Shown: one piece after another, positions 40,011 through 52,704 of the stretch
Numbering within the stretch: the stretch's first letter is position 1
Layout of the letters: every line of letters starts with the position of its first letter
Assembly: GCA_964016885.1 (NCBI GenBank)
Contig: OZ024743.1
Span: 99,758,001-99,822,000 of the forward strand
Source: Eledone cirrhosa
Lineage: Eukaryota
DNA: 64,000 bases
Direction: 5' to 3'
Notes under the pieces: model-generated
Databases searched by the model: none
Told to the model about the DNA's origin: nothing
Seen by the model: only the letters and a program-made list of their open reading frames with translations
Position numbers and translations under genes: made by a program

Positions 40011-42025
40011 ATGTAATGAAGGCATAATCATTCGTCCTTGTATTATTACTATTATATATATATATATATGTACTGGGTCTGAGAGGATACTTCAGTATGG
40101 ATGAACATGTGACAACCTCTCCAGAATTAATGACATTATAAAATATACCCACTTAGTTCACCCTGTATAGTGATTGGCATTACAGAGAGCATTCAGCTAT
40201 ACAAGCCATACCAAATATGGAACATATAAGCAAGATGAAGTTGCTCTGACCCACCTAATTTCAGACTATGAGAATCCATCAAATCTACGCCAGTATGAAT
40301 AGCAGATGTAAAATAATGATGATGATATATGTATATATATATATATTGTAGAGCCAGGGAAGTTTTTGGCAGATTGTTATCAAAAGGGTTGTAGTTAAAT
40401 TATCATGCAGGAATTGAAATGTAGACTAAAATAGCTATCATGAATGCACAGTTATTTAAGCCCACCTCAAATACAGTTTAACTCTCTTGCCTCTCGGCCT
40501 TTCACTCTGCTGGTCTCTGAGACAGTTGACACCCAGCTATAGCAGTCTTTAATCATTAAGCTACTGCTGCAGATGGACCAGAGTATTCTGGTCAGTAAAT
40601 TTGCTGTGCACAAGGCAATATCTTATCTAAACACTAAATTTAACAACCTGTAGACAAAACACTCTCTGTTATATCAAACATTTTCCATGTTATATTTTGC
40701 TACATGGTGTCATCGTATACTATACCACAAATAAAAATATCAACATTAGCAGTTTGTTTTTCCTTGTTGGTCTGTTTCAATTCATGGTTTGTCCTGATTG
40801 TTATTCAACCACATCAATCAAACACATAAAAAACACAACACAATGACAAAGTTCAACAATTGACAACACAATAAACACAACAACCAACCACATAACCACT
40901 AAAATACCAAATATTCTGGCTAAAAGGTTAAGAAGTTGAATTGAACCACAAAATAGAAGGATAATGGAATATGTAAGGAACACTTCTAAGTGCTATATGA
41001 TAAAAAGAAAAATAAGGTGCAGCATATTGAAGAAGTTTGTGCATGTTTGGAAGAGGATAGGTGAAGTAAACCTAACAACTCCTAACTACAAACATTAACC
41101 ACACAAAATCACACGGCTAGAAGGAAGCTGAAGAGGTTCCGATGCTATAGTTCATTCTTTTATGTTATTCACTTTGCTTTCTCCACTGCTATCCCATTCC
41201 CACTTCTCCATGTCAACATTATATGCCCTATCACTTTCATTCCATCTCTCTCTCTCTTTCTCTCCCTCTCCCATCTCATCATATGCTATTCACTCGATTC
41301 CTCTTGATTTATATCTTCCTTACAACTTTTCTCTCTCCCTCTCTTCTTCTCTAACCACTCTTCCATTAACTAAGAGCTTTTGTTGAACCCAACAATGTTA
41401 TGACCATCATAGCAACTTGCTGTTTTCCAGCTATTTCTGCATTCAAACTCCCTACAATTTTACAAGATATTAACTGTTTTCATAAAAAAACTGTTTCTTT
41501 TCTTTTAAATTGTTTATATTTATATAAAAACCTTTTTGTAAGAATCTTCCTTAATTTATGCTACAGACACCAGCTTAATTATATTACTAAATCTTTCTAA
41601 AATATTGACTATTTTCAAAATTATTTGAAAATCATAGACAGTAGTTTTTTGTTATTAGAAAGTGTTAGACATATTCATTGAAGAAAAGGAATAAACTTGA
41701 TAATGAGAAAATAAAGGTTTTTGGCTACAACAGGGAGAAAATCTTCCTGTTGTTGATGTTGTTTATTGCAACATGTTTATTATTGGTGCATGTGTCCCTG
41801 GGTCTGATACAACTTAAACTGTGGCAACAACTTTCTTTATCCCCCGTAACTGAACAATTTAACAAATGGAGATCAATTAAATAAGGACCTGACATTAAAA
41901 AAATAAGTACTGGTATCAATATGATCAACTAAACCTCTCATGGGGAGGGGGGGTCCCAATATGTTGTAGTTCAATCACTGAAACCACCATCATCATCAAC
42001 ATTTAATATCTGTTTTTGATGCTTG

Positions 42026-45000
42026 CATGGGTTAGATGGGCTGTCATGGTATGGGGTTAGAATGGCTGTCATGTTCTGGGGTTAGATGGTCTGTCATGTT
42101 CTGGGGTTAGATGGGCTGTCATGTTATGGGGTTAGATGGTCTGTCATGTTCTGGGGTTAGATGGTCTGTCATGTTCTGGGGTTAGATGGGCTGTCATGGT
42201 ATGGGGTTAGAATGGCTGTCATGTTCTGGGGTTAGATGGTCTGTCATGTACTGGAGTTAGATGGGCTGTCATGGTATGGGGTTAGATGGGCTGTCATGGT
42301 ATGGGGTTAGATGGGATGTCATGGTATGGGGTTAGATGGGATGTCATGGTATGGGGTTAGATGGGATGTCATGGTATAGGGTTAGATGGGCTGTCATGGT
42401 ATGGGGTTAGATGGGCTGTCTTGGTTTGGGGTTAAATAGTCTGCCATGTTATGGGGTTAGATGGTCTGTCATGGTATGGGGTTAGATGGACTGTCATGTA
42501 CTGGGGTTAGATGGGCTGTCATGTTCTGGGGTTAGATGGTCTGTCATGTTCTGGGGTTAGATGGACTGACATGGTATGGGGTTAGATGGGCTGTCATGGT
42601 TTGGGGTTAGATGGACTGTCATGGTATGGGGTTAGATGGGGTGTCATGGTATGTGGTTAGATGGGCTGTCATGGTATGGGGTTAGATGGTCTGTCATGGT
42701 ATGGGGTTAGATGGTCTGTCATGGTATGGGGTTAGATGGTCTGTCATGGTATGGGGTTAGATGGTCTGTCATGGTATGGGGTTAGATGGGCTGTCATGGT
42801 ATGGGGTTAGATGGTCTGTCATGGTATGGGGTTAGATGGTCTGTCATGTTATGGGGTTAGATGGTCTGTCATGGTATGGGGTTAGATGGTCTGTCATGGT
42901 ATGGGGTTAGATGGTCTGTCATGGTATGGGGTTAGATGGTCTGTCATGGTATGGGGTTAGATGGTCTGTCATGGTATGGGGTTAGATGGTCTGTCATGGT
43001 ATGGGGTTAGATGGTCTGTCATGGTATGGGGTTAGATGGGCTGTCATGGTATGGGGTTAGATGGGCTGTCATGGTATGGGGTTAGATGGTCTGTCATGTT
43101 ATGGGGTTAGATGGTCTGTCATGGTATGGGGTTAGATGGTCTGTCATGGTATGGGGTTAGATGGTCTGTCATGGTATGGGGTTAGATGGTCTGTCATGGT
43201 ATGGGGTTAGATGGTCTGTCATGGTATGGGGTTAGATGGGCTGTCATGGTATGGGGTTAGATGGTCTGTCATGGTATGGGGTTAGATGGGCTGTCATGGT
43301 ATGGGGTTAGATGGACTGACATGGTATGGGGTTAGATGGGCTGTCATGGTTTGGGGTTAGATGGACTGTCATGGTATGGGGTTAGATGGGGTGTCATGGT
43401 ATGTGGTTAGATGGGCTGTCATGGTATGGGGTTAGATGGTCTGTCATGGTATGGGGTTAGATGGTCTGTCATGGTATGGGGTTAGATGGTCTGTCATGGT
43501 ATGGGGTTAGATGGTCTGTCATGGTATGGGGTTAGATGGTCTGTCATGGTATGGGGTTAGATGGTCTGTCATGGTATGGGGTTAGATGGTCTGTCATGGT
43601 ATGGGGTTAGATGGGCTGTCATGGTATGGGGTTAGATGGTCTGTCATGGTATGGGGTTAGATGGTCTGTCATGGTATGGGGGTTAGATGGGCTGTCATGG
43701 TATATGGTTAGATGGTCTGTCATGGTATGGGGTTAGATGGTCTGTCATGGTATGGGGTTAGATGGGCTGTCATGTTCTGGGGTTAGATGGGCTGTCATGT
43801 TCTGGGGTTAGATGGGCTGTCATGTTCTGGGGTTAGATGGTCTGTCATGTTCTGGGGTTAGATGGACTGTCATGGTATGGGGTTAGATGGGCTGTCATGG
43901 TTTGGGGTTAGATGGGCTGTCATGTTCTGGGGTTAGATGGTCTGTCATGTTCTGGGGTTAGATGGTCTGTCATGTTCTGGGGTTAGATGGTCTGTCATGT
44001 TCTGGGGTTAGATGGACTGTCATGGTATGGGGTTAGATGGGCTGTCATGGTATGGGGTTAGATGGACTGTCATGTACTGGAGTTAGATGGGCTGTCATGT
44101 TCTGTCATGGTATGGGGTTAGATGGTCTGTCATGGTATGTGGTTAGATGGGCTGTCATGTACTGGAGTTAGATGGGCTGTCATGGTATGGGGTTAGATGG
44201 TCTGTCATGGTATGGGGTTAGATGGGCTGTCATGGTATATGGTTAGATGGTCTGTCATGGTATGGGGTTAGATGGTCTGTCATGGTATGGGGTTAGATGG
44301 GCTGTCATGTTCTGGGGTTAGATGGGCTGTCATGTTATGGGGTTAGATGGGCTGTCATGTTCTGGGGTTAGATGGGCTGTCATGGTATGGGGTTAGATGG
44401 GCTGTCATGGTATGGGGTTAGATGGGCTGTCATGGTATGGGGTTAGATGGGCTGTCATGGTATGGGGTTAGATGGTCTGTCATCTTATGGGGTTAGATGG
44501 GCTGTCATCATATGGGGTTAGATGGGCTGTCATGTTATGGGGTTAGATGGGCTGTCATGGTATGGGGTTAGATGGGCTGTCATGGTATGGGGTTAGATGG
44601 GCTATCATGTTATGGGGTTAGATGGGCTGTTATGGTATGGGGTTAGATGGGCTGTCATGTTATGGGGTTAGATGGGCTGTCATGGTATGGGGTTAGATGG
44701 GCTGTCATGTTATGGGGTTAGATGGTCTGTCGTGTTATGGGGTTAGATGGGCTGTCATGTTATGGGGTTAGATGGGCTGTCATGGTAAGGGGTTAGATAG
44801 GCTGTCATGTTATGGGGTTAGATGGGCTGTCATGTTATGGGGTTAGATGGTCTGTCATGTTTTGCGGTTAGATGGTCTGTCATGTTATGGGGTTTTTTAA
44901 TGGTCTGTCATGGTATGGGGTTAGATGGTCTGTCATGTTATGGGGTTAGATGGACTGTCATGTTATGGGATTAGATGGGCTGTCATGGTATGGGGTTAGA

Positions 45001-45527
45001 TGGGCTGTCATGGTATGGGGTTAGATGGGCTGTCATGGTATGGGGTTAGATGGTCTGTCATGGTATGGGGTTAGATGGGCTGTCATGGTATGGGGTTAGA
45101 TGGTCTGTCATGGTATGGGGTTAGATGGTCTGTCATGGTATGTGGTTAGATTGGCTGTCATGGTATATGGTTAGATGGTCTGTCATGGTATGGGGTTAGA
45201 TGGGCTGTCATGGTATGGGGTTAGATGGTCTGTCATGGTATGGGGTTAGATGGGCTGTCATGTTCTGGGGTTAGATGGGCTGTCATGTATTGGAGTTAGA
45301 TGGGCTGTCATGTTCTGGGGTTAGATGGGCTGTCATGGTATAGGGTTAGATGGTCTGTCATGGTATGGGGTTAGATGGGCTGTCATGGTATGGGGTTAGA
45401 TGGTCTGTCATCTTATGGGGTTAGATGGGCTGTCATCTTCTGGGGTTAGATGAGCTGTCATGTTATGGGGTTAGATGGGCTGTCATGGTATGGGGTTAGA
45501 TGGTCTGTCATGGTATGGAGTTAGACA
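42026..45527 (+). repeat. 25-bp G-rich minisatellite (GGGGTTAGATGG(G/T)CTGTCATGGTAT), about 140 copies
   Basis: GTTAG recurs at 42031, 42056, 42081 and onward. Both flanks belong to an RTE-tailed element. Confidence 0.98.
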
Positions 45528-46408
45528 GGTCAAACATCTACATCTTGCTCATATGCTCTGTTTTGGCCTTGGTTTTCTCCAGCTGCATGCCTTTCCTAAT
45601 TCCAACCAATATACTAGGAGCTTTTTCCATAGCACCAGCACTACCACCTTACAGGGTGGACTGAGTAATTATTGTCATTGCACCAGTATAACCACTTTAC
45701 ATGGTGGACTGGGTAATTTTTATGTGGCACTAGTACAACCACCTTACAGGATAAAGAATAATGTATTTTTTTAAAAAGGCTGTCATTTCTAGCAGGTTCA
45801 GCAGCCATGTAGAGGCTACCTCAATTTGAAAACTTTCTTTCAATTTTACTCAATGTTTGAAACATGTTTTTATTAGTTTTTCTCTTTACACTGTTACAAC
45901 TAAACTATATTAACTTGATATAAGTTCATTCTTAACTTCATTTATTTTTCTTAATTGAAAGCTGGATAATTGATTAACAGAAAGGTATCGAAAATATTTA
46001 AAATGAAAAAAATAGAAATTGATTAGTGGTTCTAGAAAAAATATTTAAAATAAAAAATAGGAATTGATTAGTGATTCTGGAGAAAAAAATTACATAAAAA
46101 ATAATATTAAGTGTGTGTCAGATGAGAGGTCGAAGAGATCAATAAAAGGTCATACAATACAAGCTAAATATCAAATTAAACTTTCAAATGTTCCATAAAT
46201 ATTTCATAAATCAACAAAGCCATGAAAGAGAGAGTTGTCTCACATAAATTCCACTGCAAGTATCAACTTATTTAATGATGGGCTTTTATTTTTGTTTTAC
46301 AACTGTAAAGGCACATGGTTTAGTGGTTAGAATGTTGAGGTCATAATCCTAACAATATGTATTCAATTCACAGACTAGGTGGTGCATTGTGTTCTTGAGA
46401 AAACACAA

Positions 46409-48158
46409 CCATGCCTCTCCTGGTCCTGAAGGTGTTACGTACCTGCTTCTTAAACGTGGTGGGTACTTCCTTCTGCACCAGTTATCACACTTCTTCCAAT
46501 TCTGTCTGAACAACAGTGCTACCCAGAACAGTGGAAAACTGCCAGTGTCATTCCTCTGTTCAAAAAGGGTGAGCGCACATCACCTGTGAACTATCGTCCA
46601 GTCAGTCTTATTAGCTGCATTGCCAAACTGATGGAATCCTGTGTCAGAGAAACACTTTGGAACTTCTGGAACTCTCACAGTCTTATCCGGCCCTCACAAT
46701 TTGGATTTATCCCCAACTCCAGCTGCTGCGATCAACTTATCAAGTTTGTTGAGGACATCACCCGGATCACTGATGGCGGCTCATGGGTGGATGTTGTTTA
46801 CCTTGACTTTGCGAAAGCCTTCAATTCTGTGCCACACAAAAGGCTTATGGCAAAACTCTCTGCTATGGGTGTGAAGGATGATCTTTTTAACTGGTTGAAG
46901 TCCTTCATTCTCAGTCGAAGAGAGGTAGTCATGGTTCTGGGACAGCATTCCTCACCATATGAGATGTCATCTGGTGTACCACAGGGATCTGTTCTTGTCC
47001 CCCTTTTGTTTGTGGCATATATTAATGACATAGATGCCAACTTAAAAAATGCCACAGTACTAAAGTACACAGATGACATCAAGCTGTACCTTGAGATAAA
47101 AAGGACAGATCCTGAACACTATAGATCTTGCTTGCAGTCTGACCTGAACACAATGCAACAATGGATCTTAGACTGGCAACTCAAGTTGGCTGTGGACAAG
47201 TGTACCACCATGCATTTTGGGAGTAAAAACCCAGCATCCACATACTCCCTCCACAGCACTAATATCAAGAAGCCTTCTTGTGAACGTGACCTGGGCATTA
47301 CGGTCAGCAGTGATTTGCGTTGGACGAAGCACGTCTCTAAAATTGTCAAGAGGGCCGAGGGTGTCTTAGCATCACTCAGCAAGACCTTTGTCAGCCGCGC
47401 TCCAGATATCTATTTAAGGCTGTACATGGCTATGGTGCAGCCACACTTAGAATTTGCATCACCAGTCTGGAACCCCTATCTTGCTCAGAACATTGACTGC
47501 CTGGAAACTGTTCAGAGACGTGCAACCAAGCGAATACCCTCCATCAGGCATCTACCATACTCTGAGCGCCTTGCTTCCCTGGGCATGGATATATTGAAGC
47601 TCCGACGTCTGGCAACTGACTTGGTAAACACCCACAAAATTGTTAACCATCTTGCCAACAACAGCCCTGAGTACCTTTTTGATTTCCATGTGTCTAACAC
47701 ACGTGGACATGCCTACAAAGTCAGAAAACAGCACAGTTCCCATGACCTTCGGAAACATTTTTTCACGCTCAGAGTTGCTGAAGCATGGAACAAACCACCT
47801 GCATCAGTTGTTAGCTGTCGAGACACTGCATCCTTTAAAACCTCCATGCTTCCCGAGATTTGCCAACACTACACCTAATGGTCCCCCTCCATACACATAC
47901 ACACATGTATACCATGACTCATACACTATTCACTTCCCTGACATTTGTGTATTATTTTACGATTTGAGTTCAAATCCCGCCAAGGTTGACTTTGCCTTTC
48001 ATCCTTACGGGGTCGATAAAATAAAGTACCAGTAATGCACTGGGTAATTGCGGACCTTATGCCTAAAGTAGAAACAATTATTCTATGTACTATACATACA
48101 CCTTTGATGAGTTGTAGTGCACCTGAGCACTTTACACAATAATTTCATTATTATTATT
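46409..48158 (+). mobile_element. 5'-truncated CR1-clade LINE with a near-complete RT frame (46586-47878), probably inactive
   Basis: SPGPEGV, NYRPVSLIS, QFGF, VYLDFAKAFNSVPH, QGSVLVP (G to V), YTDD in place of YADD. Frameshifts lie upstream of 46586, and it has an (ATT)n tail. Same family as 36372-37470. Confidence 0.95.
47961..48082 (+). mobile_element. 5'-truncated Deu/Nin-like SINE inside the CR1 3' UTR
   Basis: It interrupts ATATTATTCTATGTACTATAC, which is continuous in the other CR1 copy. An ATTATT-like duplication flanks it. Confidence 0.88.
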
Positions 48159-49242
48159 TTTTATATCCCAGTGCTCCAGACAACTCAGCTGAAAAAAATG
48201 AGTTGCAATGACATTGATGTCAAGCTGAATCAGTCTTTACCTTTGCCTTGGACAACATCTATAGTGTAGTGATGGAAGACTAGCATACAAGAGTGACTTC
48301 TGGTCTTCAACAAAAACACCTTGTCTAGGTCTGCACCTTACCAAATGCAAAGCCATGTTCAGCATGACCAAAGGGGGCCTATATTTCCTAACACTTAGAT
48401 AGTATTTGAAATGAAAAAATAAAGAAATTCTTAAAAGATTTCCATGAAAAACAATATAGACTGTCTCAATATTATCTAGTTTACCAATGGGATTTCATTT
48501 TGTATGCTTTAGTCCTTTCAGTACAATATTTCTAATAATAAATACTGCCTTACCATTTTCAATTAATTTTGAAAATAATCATCAATTTTGGGGAGATTTA
48601 GGAATACAATTAACTTTCTCATTAAGATCATATTTGGAGCATACCTTAACAAATGTTCTTACATAAAATACACCCAATATACACTGTTAAGTGGTTGGTG
48701 ATAGGAAAGGCATACAGCTATAGAAGCCATGCCAGAATTTGATCCATACAAGTGAGATGTAGTCTTAAAACTTATCTAGTAGACCTGAATAAGAACTGTC
48801 TCAGCATGGAAAGAAAGGTGTAAAATGATGATAAAACTATGAGTGTATTACAGTAAGGTCTCTTTTGTTATCAGTAAATTTTTTTCCAATTCAATTCACT
48901 TCAGTTCAATAAAATTCAATTCAATTTATTGTTACAACAGAACTTCTTCCTAGTCTTTGCCTGTATTACATGAAATTCATTACATTAATGTTTACAGTCT
49001 TGAATATTTCTCGACAGCCATATTTTCATGACTTAAAGTTTGGTAAATATGGTGTCATTCATCACATCTAATTTTAAATTATAATCCATCTTTAATACAC
49101 AGTCTTAATACATTCAACATTTGGATGTTGGAATACTACAATGTGGCATGTTAGCTCGACTTTGGTATTTAAGAAGAGAAAAAGAAAAGAGATGTGAAAA
49201 GAAAATATGAAAGAAAGGATTAATGCATTTGTGTGCATGTCA

Positions 49243-50263
49243 GTGTGTGTGAGTGAGAGAGAGAGTGTGTGTGTGAGAGAGAGTGTGTGAGTGTTTGTGA
49301 GAGAGAGAGAGAGAGAGAGAGTGTGTGAGAGAGTGTGTATGAGAGAGTGTGTGTGAGAGAGTGTGTATGAGAGAGTGTGTGTGAGTGTTTGTGTGAGTGT
49401 GAGAGAGAGAGAGTGTGTGTGAGAGAGAGTGTGTGAGAGTGTTTGTGTGAGAGTGTGTGAGAAAGAGTGTGTGAGTGAGAGTGTGTGAGAGTGTTTGTGT
49501 GAGAGTGTTTGTGTGAGAGTGTTTGTGTGAGAGTGTTTGTGTGAGAGAGTGTGTGTGAGAGAGTGTGTGTGAGAGAGTGTGTGTGAGAGAGTGTGTGAGA
49601 GAGTGTGTGTGAGAGTTTGTGTGTGAGAGTGTGTGTGAGAGAGTGTGTGTGAGAGAGTGTGTGTGAGAGAGTGTGTGTGAGAGAGTGTGTGTGAGAGAGT
49701 GTGTGTGAGAGTTTGTGTGTGTGAGAGTGTGTGTGAGAGTGTGTGTGAAAGAGAGTGTGAGAGAGATTGTGTGAGAGTGTGTGAGAGAGATTGTGTGAGT
49801 GTGAGAGTGTGTGTGTGAGAGAGTGTGTGTGAGAGTGTTTGTGTGAGAGAGAGTGTGAGAGAGAGTTTGTGTGAGAGAGTGTGAGAGAGTGTGTGTGAGA
49901 GTGTGTGTGAGAGAGAGTGTAAGAGAGTGTGTGTGTGTGTGAGAGTGTGTGTGAGAGAGAGTGTGTGTGAGAGTGTGTGTGAGAGAGTGTGTGTGAGAGA
50001 GTGTGTGTGTGAGAGAGTGTGTGTGTGAGAGAGAGTGTGTGTGAGAGAGAGTGTGTGAGAGAGTGTGTGTGTGTGAGAGAGTGTGTGTGTGTGAGAGAGT
50101 GTGTGAGAGAGAGTGTGTGTGAGTGTGTGTGTGTGTGAGAAAGTGTGTGAGTGAGAGAGAGTGTGTGTGAGTGTGTGTGTGTGAGAGAGTGTGTGAGTGT
50201 GTGTGTGTGTGTGAGAGAGTGTGTGTGTGAGAGAGTGTGTGTGAGTGTGTGTGTGTGTGAGTG
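49243..50263. repeat. (GT)n/(GA)n compound microsatellite of about 1 kb
   Basis: Direct reading. Confidence 0.97.
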
Positions 50264-50399
50264 TATTAAGAAGAAAAGGGAGAGAAGAGGGAACTAAAGA
50301 ATGTTACTATTCAGTGAAGAAATAAAGGAAAGAAAATGGAAGGAACATAAAAACTTGAAAGGAAAAATGGTAACAGAAGGAAAGAATAAAAACAACAAC

Positions 50400-51634
50400 A
50401 ATAATAATGATTTCTGATTTAGGCACAATTTGGGGTAAGTTTATTACCCCGCTCCAGTGCATTACTGGTACTTTATTTTATCAACCCTGTAAGGGTGAAA
50501 GGTAAAGTTAACCTAGCAGGATTTGAACTCAGAACGCAAATGGATGTAACTATATGCCACAAAGCCTGTCTCTACCAATACTGCCCTAAATACTGCCCTA
50601 AATACTACATGAATAATAGTTTATGATTTAGGGACAATGCCAACAATTGTGGGAGAGAGAGGATAAAGTCGATTGAATCGACCCCAGTGCTTACTGGTAC
50701 TTTATTTAATTGACCCCATAAGGTTGAAAGGCAAAGTTAACCATGGTGGGATTTGAACTCAGAACGTAAAGGGCTGCAAAGCATGGTGTCCAACTCTCTA
50801 CCAATACTGCCAATCCACCACCCTCTATAATAATTGTTTCTACTTTAGGCACAAGGCCAGCAATTACCCAGTACATTACTGGTACTTTATTTTATCGACC
50901 CGTAAGGATGAAAGGCAAAGTCAACCTCGGCGGGATTTGAACTTTGATCGTAAAGGGACGTAACTATGCTGGAAAGCATGGCATCCGACCCTCTACCGAT
51001 ACTGCCAATCCAAATAATAACAATAATAATGATAATAAAAATAATGGTTTCTACTTTTGGCACAAGGCCAGCAATTATACCAGTACATTACTGGTACTTT
51101 ATTTTATCAACTCCGCAAGGATGAAAGGCAAAGTTAACCTCGGCGGGATTTGAATTCAGACCATAAAGGGTAGTAACTCTTTGCTGCAAAGCATGGTGTC
51201 TGACCCTTTACTGATACTGCCAATCCACCATAATAATAATAATGATGATTTCTAGTATAGGCACAAGGCCAGTAATTTGGTGAGAGGGGAAAGTCGATTA
51301 AATCGACCTCAGTATGTTACTGGTGCTTTATTTTATTGACCCTGTAAGGATAAAAGGCAAAGTTAACCTTGTTGGGATTTGAACGTTCTGAGTTCAAATC
51401 CCGCCAAGGTTAACTTTGCCTTTCATCCTTACAGCGTCAATAATAATAATAATAATAATTGTTTCTACTTTAGGCACAAGGCCAGCAATTACCCAGAAAT
51501 TACCCAGTACTTTATTTTATCGACCCCGTAAGGATGAAAGGCAAAGTTAACCTCAGCGGGATTTGAACTCAGACTGTAAAGGGACGTAACTATGCTAGAA
51601 AGCATGGCGTCCGACCCTCTACCGATACTGCCAA
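50400..51634 (-). mobile_element. Cluster of about 6 head-to-tail Deu/Nin-like SINEs, mostly separated by (AAT)n, plus one inverted half copy
   Basis: Copies at about 50400-50590, 50615-50822, 50829-51011, 51040-51230, 51245-51384 and 51450-51634. The inverted segment is at 51392-51443. Confidence 0.9.
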
Positions 51635-51754
51635 TAATAATAATAATGATAATATTTTTTAAATGTGTGTGTGTGTGGGGGGGGGGGAGTAGAATATAAA
51701 AATCAAATATTTGGGCTAAAGCTCCAAATATTATGGGGTCTCTCTTCTTGAGGG

Positions 51755-52326
51755 CAAGAGAAACTTGATAAATATAAAGATCTAGGAATTGATATAAACA
51801 GAGTGTGGCACCTTAAAACCCAAACTATTCCGGTAGTAATGCAAGCTCTGGTTGTCATAAAGAAAGGCGTTCAAAAGTTTCTAGAAAACATACCTGGTAA
51901 ACCTAGTATCTATGAAATCCAAAAGATAGTTCCAAGTACTGTCCAGGTAATTCATAAATTTTTGTCTTTGTAATATATGTCAACACAATCTTTTCTGTTT
52001 AATTTTTAAAGCAAATTTGATTAATATTAAATACCATTCAAATATCCTGAATGTAAAATTAATACCTATCTTTTATACTCCTTAATAGTTCCTTTATCTC
52101 CTCCTACCTTTTTATATTTCTCATCTGTCTTTTTTATAACTTATTTACCTCTCAATGTTTGTGATGTGACTTGTGAAGTGAATGTGAGGACGTAACAAAA
52201 AGAAAAGCTATGAAAATCTGTTAAAACCGACAATGCCTGCTCTAAATATCTGGTAGATACTTGGTAGTCATTGCACATAAAGCAAAATCAAAGTAAAATA
52301 AAATAATAATAATAATAATAATAATA
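51755..52326 (+). mobile_element. R4/Dong-like non-LTR retrotransposon 3' remnant (C-terminus of restriction-like endonuclease)
   Basis: Frame 51758-51973 reads EKLDKYKDLGIDINRVWHLKTQTIPVVMQALVVIKKGVQKFLENIPGKPSIYEIQKIV..LSL*. This fits the RLE tail pattern K..KY..L...W......P.V.GALG. The region ends at (AAT)n. Confidence 0.75.
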
Positions 52327-52359
52327 TTGTTTCTGTGCAACAAGCATTTGTTATAATAA

Positions 52360-52643
52360 TCTAAAGTCTGTTTTAAGCCAGAAGGCTTGTTAGATCGGTG
52401 CTAATCCTGGTTTCATGGCATGAAGTGACAGAGAGTACAAGACTCCCCCTGGACAGGACACCAGTCCATCGCAGGGTTAAACCCCCAGCTATTGTTGGTA
52501 CTCATTTTCAGCTGAGTATACTGGAGCAATGTGAAATGAAGTGTTTTGCTCAAGAACAAAACTCGTAACCCAGTCCAGGAATCGAACCCACAACATTATG
52601 ATCGTAAATCCAACACCCTTACCACTAGGCCACGCGTCTCCAC
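52360..52643 (-). mobile_element. tRNA-derived SINE with a V-domain-like motif
   Basis: Minus strand has A box TGGCCTAGTGGTAAGG, B box GGTTCGATTCC and CCTGCGATGGACTGGTGTCCTGTCCAGGGGG. Confidence 0.75.
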
Positions 52644-52644
52644 A

Positions 52645-52645
<1 letters not shown>

Positions 52646-52704
<59 letters not shown>

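Larger units (their letters stand above)
46305..48380 (+). mobile_element. Second-family tRNA SINE split by a CR1 insertion (head 46305-46408, body about 48160-48380)
   Basis: The head TGGTTTAGTGGTTAGAA..TGTTCTTGAGAAAACAC and the body TGCTCCAGACAACTCAGCTG.. align collinearly with the intact 35645-36020 copy. Confidence 0.75.

Noticed and set aside
42026-45527. Interstitial telomeric array
   Set aside because: Each 25-bp unit has only one GGGTTAG and there is no (TTAGGG)n run. The motif derives from the RTE-type 3' end GCATGGGTTAGA.
46586-47878. Host gene or active RT (430 aa)
   Set aside because: It is a 5'-truncated CR1 copy with no endonuclease, upstream frameshifts and altered motifs (YTDD, QGSVLVP).
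52560-52643. tRNA genes suggested by A and B boxes (also near 31700 and 35950)
   Set aside because: These are SINE heads continuous with SINE bodies, and I could not build a convincing cloverleaf.
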